A stretch of 64,000 bases of DNA from Actinomycetota bacterium. GTDB taxonomy: Bacteria; Actinomycetota; UBA4738; JACQTL01. Positions within the stretch are counted from its first letter, which is position 1, and each line of letters begins with the position of its first letter. The DNA is taken from positions 128,846-192,845 of the forward strand of contig JBJMLO010000008.1 of the NCBI GenBank assembly GCA_045805265.1, given 5' to 3'. A model generated the notes under the pieces. That model was not told the origin of the DNA. It did no database searches and worked only from the letters and a program-made list of their open reading frames with translations. Shown here one piece after another: positions 7,998 to 15,540 of the stretch. The position numbers were made by a program, and so were the translations under genes.

Positions 7998-8146
7998 GCT
8001 GCCTCGGCGATCGACGTCGGGGGGGGACGCGAACGACGCTTCGGCTCGGGGGATCCGCGCCTCGCCAGGACGAAGCGACCTTCGCCTCATTTGGAGCGGG
8101 CCGGCGGCGCACGACGGGGACGGGGCATTTCCGGTGACGCCTGGGC

Positions 8147-9457
8147 TCAGCGATACGTGCTGGGAAGGATCCGGAGGCGGCTGCGGTACTTGGCGACCGT
8201 CCGTCTCGCGACGCGGTGACCGGCTCGGCGGAGCCGCTCGGACAGCTCCGCGTCGCTGAGGGGCCGGTCCTCCGCGGCGATGATGTCCCGAAGGCGGGCG
8301 CGCATCCCGAGCGAGCCGTCGAAGAACGCGCCGAAGGGGACAACGCGGCGCGACGGCAGGAGGACGTACTTCTCGGCAGTCGCGCGGCTCACCGTGGATG
8401 GACTGAGACCGAGTTCCCCCGCGACATCGGCGCGGGTCAGGCGCAGGTCGGTGGCCGGATCGCCGGACATCAGGTCCGGCCGCCGGTCCGCAAGGTGCTC
8501 GGTGATCCTCCGCATCGTCGACCAGCGCTCCCGGAGCCGGGCCAGCAGGAAGTCGCCCCTCCTGACCAGCTCGCACATCTTCCGGTCGCTGCGGGCGACG
8601 CCGCGGAACGCCGGGTCCACGCGGAGGGGGAGACGTCGCTCCTCGAGGACCTCGACTTGAAACGTCCCCGGCCGGTCGGCGCGGCCCAGGACCGCGACGT
8701 CCGGCTGGACCGGCGGGGCCGTCACGCCGGCTCCCGATTCGTCGTCCACGTCGGGACGCGGGAGGAGCTCCCGCCGGATGTACTCGCGGGCGTCCGCGAC
8801 GTCGGCAACGGACACGCCGAGCAGCCGCGCGATGGAGGCCGTGGCTCCCCGGGCGAGCGACTCGAGGTGATCGGCGACGACCGCGCGGGCGACGGGATGG
8901 AAGTTGCCTTCGCCGGCCAGCCGATCGATCTGCAGCAGGAGGCAGTCTCGGAGGTCCCTCGCGGCCACGCCCACGGGACCGGTCTCCCGCAGGGTCCGGA
9001 CGACGCGCTCGACGGACGCCGGGTCTGCGCCGGCGATGCGCGCCAGCTCCTGGATCCCTTCCCTGAGGTATCCCCTGTCGTCCAGGCTGGCGACGACGGC
9101 GGCGGCGATCCCGGCGTCCCGCGCCGGCAGCACGAGCATGAGCTCCCGGAGCAGCCGCTCGGCGAACGATTCCGTCGAGACGGCCGCCGGCCCGGTCGGG
9201 GGGTCGTCCGGGTCGCGGAGACTCGCCCGGGAGGGCCGGCTCGTGCAGTAGATGCAGGGTGGGTCGGCGGGGAGTCCGCAGCCGCCGCACACGTGCACCT
9301 CGTCCTCGACCAGCGCGGGGTTCTCGGAGAGCTCGCGGGCCACGGTCTGTTCCAGCTCGATCCCCGAGAGGGCCAGGAGGCTCGCGTAGGCGACGAGCGC
9401 GGGCGAGGGAGACATCCGGAGCTCCTGCGTCACGTCGAGCGCGACCGTGAGCGACAC
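8147..9457 (-). CDS. rpoN: RNA polymerase sigma-54 factor (RpoN) homolog, 436 aa, with a CxxC...CxxC insertion in region II
   Basis: Frame of track ORF 8147..10300. The C-terminus ADVAGELGLSPSTVSRATAEKYVLLPSRRVVPFGAFFDGS...PLSDAELSERLRRAGHRVARRTVAKYRSRLRILP aligns with the E. coli sigma-54 HTH and RpoN box (ARRTVAKYRE). The core-binding region ETGPVGVAARDLRDCLLLQI is near-identical to E. coli DPVGVAARDLRDCLLIQL. Region I reads VSLTVALDVTQELRMSPSPALVAYASLLALSGIELEQTVARELSENPALVE. The start is set at the GTG 14 codons upstream of the first ATG, with AGGAGG 6 nt upstream. The insertion HVCGGCGLPADPPCIYC follows region I. Confidence 0.85.
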   Translation of the reverse strand: MSLTVALDVTQELRMSPSPALVAYASLLALSGIELEQTVARELSENPALVEDEVHVCGGCGLPADPPCIYCTSRPSRASLRDPDDPPTGPAAVSTESFAERLLRELMLVLPARDAGIAAAVVASLDDRGYLREGIQELARIAGADPASVERVVRTLRETGPVGVAARDLRDCLLLQIDRLAGEGNFHPVARAVVADHLESLARGATASIARLLGVSVADVADAREYIRRELLPRPDVDDESGAGVTAPPVQPDVAVLGRADRPGTFQVEVLEERRLPLRVDPAFRGVARSDRKMCELVRRGDFLLARLRERWSTMRRITEHLADRRPDLMSGDPATDLRLTRADVAGELGLSPSTVSRATAEKYVLLPSRRVVPFGAFFDGSLGMRARLRDIIAAEDRPLSDAELSERLRRAGHRVARRTVAKYRSRLRILPSTYR

Positions 9458-9504
9458 CGAATCCCTCCTGTCCGACGAGAGTGTGTCCCTCAACCCACGG
9501 TCAG

Positions 9505-9521
9505 TGCAAGGTCCGTGCCAA
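9505..9521 (-). promoter_or_regulatory. canonical sigma-54 -24/-12 promoter element (TGGCACG-GACC-TTGCA) directly upstream of the rpoN-like gene
   Basis: The minus strand reads ...GGGGT TGGCACG GACC TTGCA CTGACCGTGGGTTGAGGGACACACTCTCGTCGGACAGGAGGGATTCG GTG. This is a perfect match to TGGCACG-N4-TTGCW. The GC dinucleotide lies about 48 nt upstream of the GTG start, leaving a ~35-nt leader with the AGGAGG site. Confidence 0.55.
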
Positions 9522-9607
9522 CCCCCGGCGGCGTCTCGGCGCTCAGCTCTCGACTTCCCCCTGGACCCGCCGGTATCCTCGGCCGGGTCTCGGATGGAGG
9601 GGAATGA

Positions 9608-10924
9608 ATGACGCTTCGTCGCATGGTCCGGTTGGCGCTCCCGGCGATGGTGGGGAGTGCGCTCGTGCTGGGGGGTGGACTGCGGGCCTGGGCGGCCTCC
9701 GGCGACCTCGACGGCAGCTTCGGGGGTGGTGACGGGATCGCGACGCAGGACTTCGGCGGCGCAAGTGCCTCCCACGGCCATGCGGCCCTGCTGCAGCCCG
9801 ACGGCAAGATCGTCGCGGCCGGGTCGACGGTGCTGCCCTCCCGTTTCGACGCCGACTTCGGCGTCGCCAGGTTCCTGTCCAACGGAGACCCGGATCCCGC
9901 CTTCGGGACGGGCGGCGCCGTCTCGACCAACTTCCTGGGGGGGCACGATGTCGCCCGCGCGATCCTCCGGCAGAGCGACGGGAAGCTCGTGGTGGTCGGC
10001 GACGCGTGCGAGCTCGACGACTCGAGCGCCTGCGGGTTCGCTGTCGTGCGGTACCTGCCCTCCGGGAAGCGGGACCTGTCCTTCAGCGGCGATGGCCGAG
10101 AGCGCATCGAGTTCCCTGGGTACGACGACCTCACCGGCTTCAACGGCGCGCTGATGTCCGGCGGAAAGATCCTGATCGTCGGCGACGGGAACAAGACCGC
10201 CGACGGCCAGTCCGACATGGTGCTCGCCCGGCTGAACGGGAACGGCTCGCTCGACACGACGTTCAGCGGAGACGGGCGGCAGACCCTCGACCCGTCGCAC
10301 GGCGGCGACGACGGCATGTCCGGCGTTGCGATCCAGAGCGACGGCAAGATCGTGGGGTCCGGGTGGGCCTACAACGGCAGCGACGGCCGGTGGTGCGTGG
10401 TCCGCCTCAAGCCGAACGGCACCCTCGACACCACCTTCAGCGGCGACGGCGTCGTGATCAAGAACGTGGTGCCTGGCCAGGACGACTACTCCAACGACCT
10501 CATCGTGTTGCCCTCGTCGCGCATCCTGGCGATCGGCCGGGCGGTGAACGCGGTGGGGGTCTCCACCGGGGGCGACGTCGTCCTCCTCCGGCTGACGTCC
10601 GGGGGCGTCCCGGACACGTCGTTCGGCGCCGGCGGCCTGCGGAAGGCAGACTTCGGGGGCGACGAGGAGCCCGTCAGCGTCGCCCGCGACAGCACCGGGC
10701 GGATCGTGATGTCCGGCCGGGTCGGGAACGGCACGGGGTTCGGCGTGTTCCGGTTCACGGCGGCCGGAGCTCCCGACACCACCTTCGCCGGCGACGGACT
10801 GGCCGTGGAGGGCGGCGGCGCGCTGGCCGCCGGCATCGCGGTCCAGGGGAACGACCGTCCGGTGGCGGTGGGCAGCACGTCCCAGGGTCCGGGCGATCTC
10901 GAGGTCGCCAGGTTCCTGGCCTGA
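9608..10924 (+). CDS. secreted beta-propeller repeat protein (delta-60 / SBBP-like repeats, repeated LDxxFGxxG motifs)
   Basis: Track ORF 9608..10924. The ATG is preceded by GGAGGGG. The N-terminal signal peptide is MTLRRMVRLALPAMVGSALVLGGGLRAWAASG. Repeats of the form DG.LD.SF..DG...... / G.IV..G occur throughout. Confidence 0.8.
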   Translation: MTLRRMVRLALPAMVGSALVLGGGLRAWAASGDLDGSFGGGDGIATQDFGGASASHGHAALLQPDGKIVAAGSTVLPSRFDADFGVARFLSNGDPDPAFGTGGAVSTNFLGGHDVARAILRQSDGKLVVVGDACELDDSSACGFAVVRYLPSGKRDLSFSGDGRERIEFPGYDDLTGFNGALMSGGKILIVGDGNKTADGQSDMVLARLNGNGSLDTTFSGDGRQTLDPSHGGDDGMSGVAIQSDGKIVGSGWAYNGSDGRWCVVRLKPNGTLDTTFSGDGVVIKNVVPGQDDYSNDLIVLPSSRILAIGRAVNAVGVSTGGDVVLLRLTSGGVPDTSFGAGGLRKADFGGDEEPVSVARDSTGRIVMSGRVGNGTGFGVFRFTAAGAPDTTFAGDGLAVEGGGALAAGIAVQGNDRPVAVGSTSQGPGDLEVARFLA

Positions 10925-10933
10925 GCCCGGTCC

Positions 10934-10972
10934 GCTCCCGCCGGCGGCACCGCTGGCCGGACGGGAGCGGAA
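10934..10972. terminator. inverted repeat (CCGCTCCCG ... CGGGAGCGG) between convergent genes
   Basis: A 9-bp perfect stem with a ~21-nt loop sits between the stop of the + gene (10924) and the stop of the - gene (10986). There is no clear U-tract. Confidence 0.35.
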
Positions 10973-10985
10973 CCTCAGTCGCGGG

Positions 10986-11288
10986 CTACCCGGGGAGGAT
11001 CTGGTCGTAGATCTCGTAATGGCCGATCGTCTGCTGGGGCTGGCCCTGGGAGACGGCCGCGCGCATCTCCGCCGTCGAGGCCTCGTAGGCCTGAATGTTT
11101 TCCATCGTGTCCCAGAACGTGAGGCCCACGAACAGCCCGGTGCTCCGGTCCGCCATCCAGTAGCCGCCGCGAAACCCCGCGCTGGACTTCAGCATCGGGC
11201 CGACGGTCGACGCCGCCTGCTTCGCGGCCGCCTCCAGCTGGTCGATCACGTCGAGTTGCCACTGGGTCCAGGTAATCCTCGCGTTCAC
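10986..11288 (-). CDS. ABM/Dabb-like small stress-responsive domain protein (100 aa)
   Basis: C-terminal part of track ORF 10986..11669. GTG start (VNARITWTQWQLDVIDQLEAAAKQAA...GYWMADRSTGLFVGLTFWDTMENIQAYEAS...) with GGAGGAAGGAG upstream. Confidence 0.65.
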   Translation of the reverse strand: MNARITWTQWQLDVIDQLEAAAKQAASTVGPMLKSSAGFRGGYWMADRSTGLFVGLTFWDTMENIQAYEASTAEMRAAVSQGQPQQTIGHYEIYDQILPG

Positions 11289-11472
11289 GGTGCGCTCCTT
11301 CCTCCGGCTCCCGCCGGCGCCGCCTGGTCGAGGGCCCGACCCTCGCGGCCGGGCACGATCGGGGATCATCCGGAACCGGCGGCCGTTGGTCAACCCGCCG
11401 GGGCCGCGACCCGCCGGGTCAAGTTCGGCCCGCCACCGGGCCGATGGTGGTTCGGTGGATAGTGTGCGGCAC

Positions 11473-12465
11473 ATGCGACGCCCGCTTCGCCACGCGGCAC
11501 TCCGGCTCCGGCTCGCGGCCGCCGTGGCGTGCATGGCCGTCGCGTTCCCGGTCGCTGCCGGCGAGCCGGTCGCGGCCGCGGCGGGGCGGCACGCGGTCCC
11601 GGGAACGAGCTGCTCGGTGTTCCCGGCCGACAACGTCTGGAACACCGACATCTCGAAGCTGCCCGTCAACCCGCTGTCGGGCGTCTGGAAGAAGACGATG
11701 CACGCGTCGTCGACCGACCTGCACCCGGACTTCGGTCCGCCCGGCTACGGCATGCCGTTCGTCGTCGTCGACGGCGACACGCCGACGCACCGGATCAAGT
11801 TCCAGTACGCCGGTGAGAGCGACGACGTCCCCTACCCGTTCGGCCCGAAGACGCCCATCGAGGGCGGGCAGAGCTCGGGCGGGGACCGCCACGCCCTGAT
11901 TGTCGACAAGGACACGTGCACGCTCTACGAGCTGTACCGGGCGTACTGGAACGGCGGCCACCCCAAGGCCGGGAGCGGCGCGGCGTTCGATCTCGGCGCC
12001 AACCATCTCCGGCCGGACGGGTGGACCTCCGCGGACGCGGCCGGCCTCCCCATCTTCCCCGGCCTGGTCCGGTTCGACGAGGTCCGGGCCGGATTCATCG
12101 GCCACGCGATCCGGTTCACCGCGGACCTCACCCGCGACTCGCACCTGTGGCCGGCGCGTCACGACGCCAGCGATCTCACGGCTCCCCGCTACCCGCCCCT
12201 GGGCGCGCGGTTCCGTCTGAAGGCGAGCTTCAGCCTCGCGGGGTTCAGCCGGAACGCGAGGGTGATCCTGCGCGCCATGAAGCACTACGGGCTGATCCTC
12301 GCCGACAACGGCTCCGACTGGTACTTCCAGGGAACTCGCGACTCCCGGTGGACCAACACCCTGCTCGACCAGCTCAAGCGGGTCCCCGCGGCGGCCTTCG
12401 TGGCCGTGGACGAGTCCGCGTGCAAGGTGGCCAACGACTCCGCCACGGCAAACTGCCCGAGCTGA
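11473..12465 (+). CDS. secreted hypothetical protein (330 aa)
   Basis: Track ORF 11290..12465 trimmed to the ATG at MRRPLRHAALRLRLAAAVACMAVAFPVAAGEP, which is a signal peptide. The remainder is a globular W/Y-rich body. Confidence 0.7.
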   Translation: MRRPLRHAALRLRLAAAVACMAVAFPVAAGEPVAAAAGRHAVPGTSCSVFPADNVWNTDISKLPVNPLSGVWKKTMHASSTDLHPDFGPPGYGMPFVVVDGDTPTHRIKFQYAGESDDVPYPFGPKTPIEGGQSSGGDRHALIVDKDTCTLYELYRAYWNGGHPKAGSGAAFDLGANHLRPDGWTSADAAGLPIFPGLVRFDEVRAGFIGHAIRFTADLTRDSHLWPARHDASDLTAPRYPPLGARFRLKASFSLAGFSRNARVILRAMKHYGLILADNGSDWYFQGTRDSRWTNTLLDQLKRVPAAAFVAVDESACKVANDSATANCPS

Positions 12466-12493
12466 ACCCGTCCGTCCCGGTGAACGGCCTCAG

Positions 12494-12524
12494 TTTGACA
12501 TGTGACCAACAGGTCACCTATTCT
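12494..12524 (+). promoter_or_regulatory. sigma-70-like promoter with an embedded palindromic operator (GTGACC-AACA-GGTCAC) for a leaderless ArsR-family gene
   Basis: TTGACA sits at 12494-12499. The spacer contains the perfect 6-4-6 palindrome tGTGACCaacaGGTCAcc. A TATTCT -10-like hexamer at 12519-12524 ends 6 nt before the ATG at 12531, which implies a leaderless mRNA. No SD is present. Confidence 0.45.
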
Positions 12525-12530
12525 CCCGGC

Positions 12531-12854
12531 ATGACCGACGATGACCGCGTGTTCCGGGCGCTGGCGGACCCGACGCGGCGTTTCCTGCTCGACCGCCTCT
12601 ACGAGCGCGACGGCCGCACGCTCACGGAGCTCGAGTCCGAGCTGGAGATGTCCCGCTTCGGCGCCATGAAGCACCTGCGCGTCCTGGAGGACGCGGGCCT
12701 CGTCGTCACCCGCAGGTCGGGCCGGGAGAAGCTGCACTTCCTGAACCCCGTGCCGATCCGACTGATCCACGACCGGTGGATCGACAAGTATCGGGAGCGC
12801 CAGGTCTCGGCGCTGGCAGAGCTCAAGAGCGAGCTCGAGAAGGAGACGGGATGA
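12531..12854 (+). CDS. ArsR/SmtB-family HTH transcriptional regulator
   Basis: MTDDDRVFRALADPTRRFLLDRLYERDGRTLTELESELEMSRFGAMKHLRVLEDAGLV (C-terminal part of track ORF 11916..12854). Confidence 0.85.
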   Translation: MTDDDRVFRALADPTRRFLLDRLYERDGRTLTELESELEMSRFGAMKHLRVLEDAGLVVTRRSGREKLHFLNPVPIRLIHDRWIDKYRERQVSALAELKSELEKETG

Positions 12855-13369
12855 CGACCATGACCGAAACGAAGACCACCCAGGTCTACCGGGTGTACAT
12901 CAAGGCGACGCCCCAGGCCATCTGGGACGCCATCACGAAGCCCGAGTGGACCGAGCGGTACGGGTTCGGCGGGCGGGTGGAGTACGAGCTGCGCCCCGGC
13001 GGCTCGTACCGCGTGCCCACGACCGAGGCCATGAAGGAGGCGGGAATCCGGATGGGGTTCGCGACTCCGGAGGTGATGGTCGACGGCGAGGTGATCGAGG
13101 CCGATCCGCCGCGCCGGCTCGTCCAGACCTGGCGGATGCTCATGGACCGGGAGACCGAGGCGGAGGGATTCACCCGCCTGACATATGAGATCGAGGAGAG
13201 CGGGGCCGGCGTGAGCAAGCTCACGCTCATCCACGAGCTCGAAGGCGCCCCGAAGGTGGCCGCCCTGTCGGCCGGCGAGCGCGAGGCCGAGGGGGCCGGC
13301 GGCGGTTGGGCGTGGGTCCTCAGCGACCTGAAGACCCTGCTCGAGACGGGCGAGCGGCTGCAGGGCTGA
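12851..13369 (+). CDS. SRPBCC / Aha1-like (activator of Hsp90 ATPase homolog) domain protein
   Basis: Track ORF 12776..13369 trimmed to the ATG that overlaps the ArsR stop (ATGA). AAGGAG lies upstream. The ArsR plus SRPBCC pairing is a common arrangement. Confidence 0.8.
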   Translation: MTTMTETKTTQVYRVYIKATPQAIWDAITKPEWTERYGFGGRVEYELRPGGSYRVPTTEAMKEAGIRMGFATPEVMVDGEVIEADPPRRLVQTWRMLMDRETEAEGFTRLTYEIEESGAGVSKLTLIHELEGAPKVAALSAGEREAEGAGGGWAWVLSDLKTLLETGERLQG

Positions 13370-13431
13370 GCCCCGACCAACTCGTCGATCTACAGGTTCG
13401 AACGCCACGGCCCACGGGGCCGGATCGACAC

Positions 13432-13470
13432 GGCGGAGACCCCAGCGCGGGCGGGGTCTCCGCCGTTTCG
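13432..13470. terminator. bidirectional intrinsic terminator-like hairpin (GGCGGAGACCCC-agcgcgggc-GGGGTCTCCGCC, then GTTTCG)
   Basis: A perfect 12-bp GC-rich stem lies between convergent stops at 13369 (+) and 13492 (-). Confidence 0.6.
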
Positions 13471-13491
13471 ATCAGCGCCTGGTAGGCCCGA

Positions 13492-14376
13492 TCAGATCCG
13501 GTCCCACTGGATCATGACGAGGCTGGGATTGTCGGACGAGACCTTCACGGGGACGTTCGCCCCGGTGACGAGCTTCGGGGCGTCGTCGGCGGGGACGACC
13601 GCCGCACTCGTCTCCTGGTAGGGCGCCTTCCCCGGGACGTTCACGGCCATCTGCACGGAGAACAGCTTGCTGGCGCCGATGGCCACACCCATGTCCTGGG
13701 CCTGCAGGATGGTCCCCGTCCCGTCGAGGCCAGTGGCGGCGAGCTGCGCCCGCAGCTGGTCGACGTTCCCCTGGCTCGCGACGTTCACGCTGGTGGTCAC
13801 CACCGCCGGCGTGACCATGACGCCGCCGGGCATCACGCCGCCCTGCATCGGCATCGCCGCTCCCGGCATGGCTCCCCCCCACTGCCCGATGCCACCGGTC
13901 ACCTGGGCGCCGCCGTCCCAGTCGATGACCACCTTGCCGGGGTCCTGCTGGTCCACCTTCACCGGCAGGGTCCGCCCCACCGACAGCGAGCCCAGCAGCA
14001 TCAGCGGGATGAACTGCTTGACCTCGATCGGGTAGGGGTTCCGGCCGGGGACGGCCACCATGAGGTTCAACCCGATCTGCGGGTTGTTGTTGAGGTACAT
14101 ACCGGTCTGGGTCATGCCGGTGATCTGGGCCGTCCCCGCCAGGCCGGTCTGGTCGATGCGGTCGGCCTCCGCGGCCTTCTTCCGCGAACCGATCCCGAAC
14201 ACCAGCAGGACGATCCCCACGATGCCGAGGATCACCCCGGTCATGGTGAGCCCGGCGATGCCCGACGACAACCCGAAGACGAAGAAGCCGGCCGACAGCA
14301 CCAATTCGAAGATCGCGGTGCCGATCAGCCAGCCACCCGTGTACTTACCGAACGTGGACGACGTGAACGTAGCCAC
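13492..14376 (-). CDS. membrane protein (two N-terminal TM helices plus a periplasmic Gly/Val/Pro-rich domain), hypothetical
   Basis: Track ORF 13492..14505 trimmed to the GTG (VATFTSSTFGKYTGGWLIGTAIFELVLSAGFFVFGLSSGIAGLTMTGVILGIVGIVLLVFGI...), which is preceded by GGAGGAGGAGG. Confidence 0.7.
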   Translation of the reverse strand: MATFTSSTFGKYTGGWLIGTAIFELVLSAGFFVFGLSSGIAGLTMTGVILGIVGIVLLVFGIGSRKKAAEADRIDQTGLAGTAQITGMTQTGMYLNNNPQIGLNLMVAVPGRNPYPIEVKQFIPLMLLGSLSVGRTLPVKVDQQDPGKVVIDWDGGAQVTGGIGQWGGAMPGAAMPMQGGVMPGGVMVTPAVVTTSVNVASQGNVDQLRAQLAATGLDGTGTILQAQDMGVAIGASKLFSVQMAVNVPGKAPYQETSAAVVPADDAPKLVTGANVPVKVSSDNPSLVMIQWDRI

Positions 14377-14452
14377 GGTGCCTCCTCCTCCCGCCCTGCA
14401 GTCGGCGCGGACGTTAGCAGTCGGAGCCCGGCCGAGGAACCCCCCAGATGTC

Positions 14453-15418
14453 CTACGACGCGAGGCGACCCCGCCCGCCCTGGGCGAGCTCTCGCTCCGC
14501 GCCATGAGGCGGCGTGGGGTCCAGGAAGAAGTGCGTCACGGACGGCACGGCCTCGCGCACGTCGTGGTCGATGCGGTCGGCCATCTGCTCGACCTGGTCC
14601 GTGTTCATCCCGTCGCCGAGGTCGACCCGAGCGGCGACCATCAGCGACTCGGGCCCGAGCGCCATCGTGAGGAGCTCGATGACCCGCTCGACCCCCTCGT
14701 GGTCCTCGATGGCCCTCCGGATCTTCTCCCGGTCCTCCCCCCGGGCGGCCTCGCCCAACAGCAGGCCCTTGGTGTTCCTCCCGAGACGGAACGCGATGTA
14801 CGCCAGCAGGCAGCCGATGAGCAGCGAGGCGATCGGGTCGAACGCGTGGATGCCGGTGACCTGGGACAGGCCGACGCCCAGGAACGCGATCGCGATGCCG
14901 GCCAGCGCGCCCGAGTCCTCCAGCAGGACGGTCTTCACGGTGGGGTCCTTGCTCTCCCGGACGAACTCCCGGAACCCCATCCCCTGCTCGCGGGCCTGCG
15001 ACCGCGTCTGGCGGTACGCCCGGAGCCACGACGTGGCCTCGGCGAGGGCCGCGACCACCAGCACCGCGTAGGCCGCGAGGTAGCCGGCCGAGTCCTCCCT
15101 GCCGCCCGCGATCAGCCCGGCGATGCCCTGGAGGAACGAGAACCCCGCGCCCAGGATGAAGATCCCCATGGCCGCGATGAACGCCCAGAAGAACCGTTCC
15201 TTGCCGTAGCCGAAGGGGTGCTCCTCGTCGGCCGGACGATCCCCCATCTTCAACGAGACCAGCAGGAACACCTGGTCCGCGGTGTCGGCGAAGGAGTGCG
15301 CGCCCTCGGCGAGGATCGCGGCCGACCCCGAGATCGCGCCGGCCACGAACTTCGACAGCGCGATCAGCAGGTTGGCCCCCGCCGCCACGAGGACCGTCTT
15401 CTTGCTCTCCGAGGCCAT
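14453..15418 (-). CDS. cation diffusion facilitator (CDF) family metal efflux transporter
   Basis: Track ORF 14453..15499 trimmed to MASESKKTVLVAAGANLLIALSKFVAGAISGSAAILAEGAHSFADTADQVFLL...HPFGYGKERFFWAF.... Confidence 0.85.
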   Translation of the reverse strand: MASESKKTVLVAAGANLLIALSKFVAGAISGSAAILAEGAHSFADTADQVFLLVSLKMGDRPADEEHPFGYGKERFFWAFIAAMGIFILGAGFSFLQGIAGLIAGGREDSAGYLAAYAVLVVAALAEATSWLRAYRQTRSQAREQGMGFREFVRESKDPTVKTVLLEDSGALAGIAIAFLGVGLSQVTGIHAFDPIASLLIGCLLAYIAFRLGRNTKGLLLGEAARGEDREKIRRAIEDHEGVERVIELLTMALGPESLMVAARVDLGDGMNTDQVEQMADRIDHDVREAVPSVTHFFLDPTPPHGAERELAQGGRGRLAS

Positions 15419-15540
15419 GGTCCTCCGAAGGGCCGGACGGCCGCGCCCGCGGTGAACACGGCCTGGAGTCCATGTACCCGCCGGGTGGCGGCCCGACACG
15501 ACGACGCTCGCCCGGCGCGCGCCCGCGCCGGGCGGGGGCG

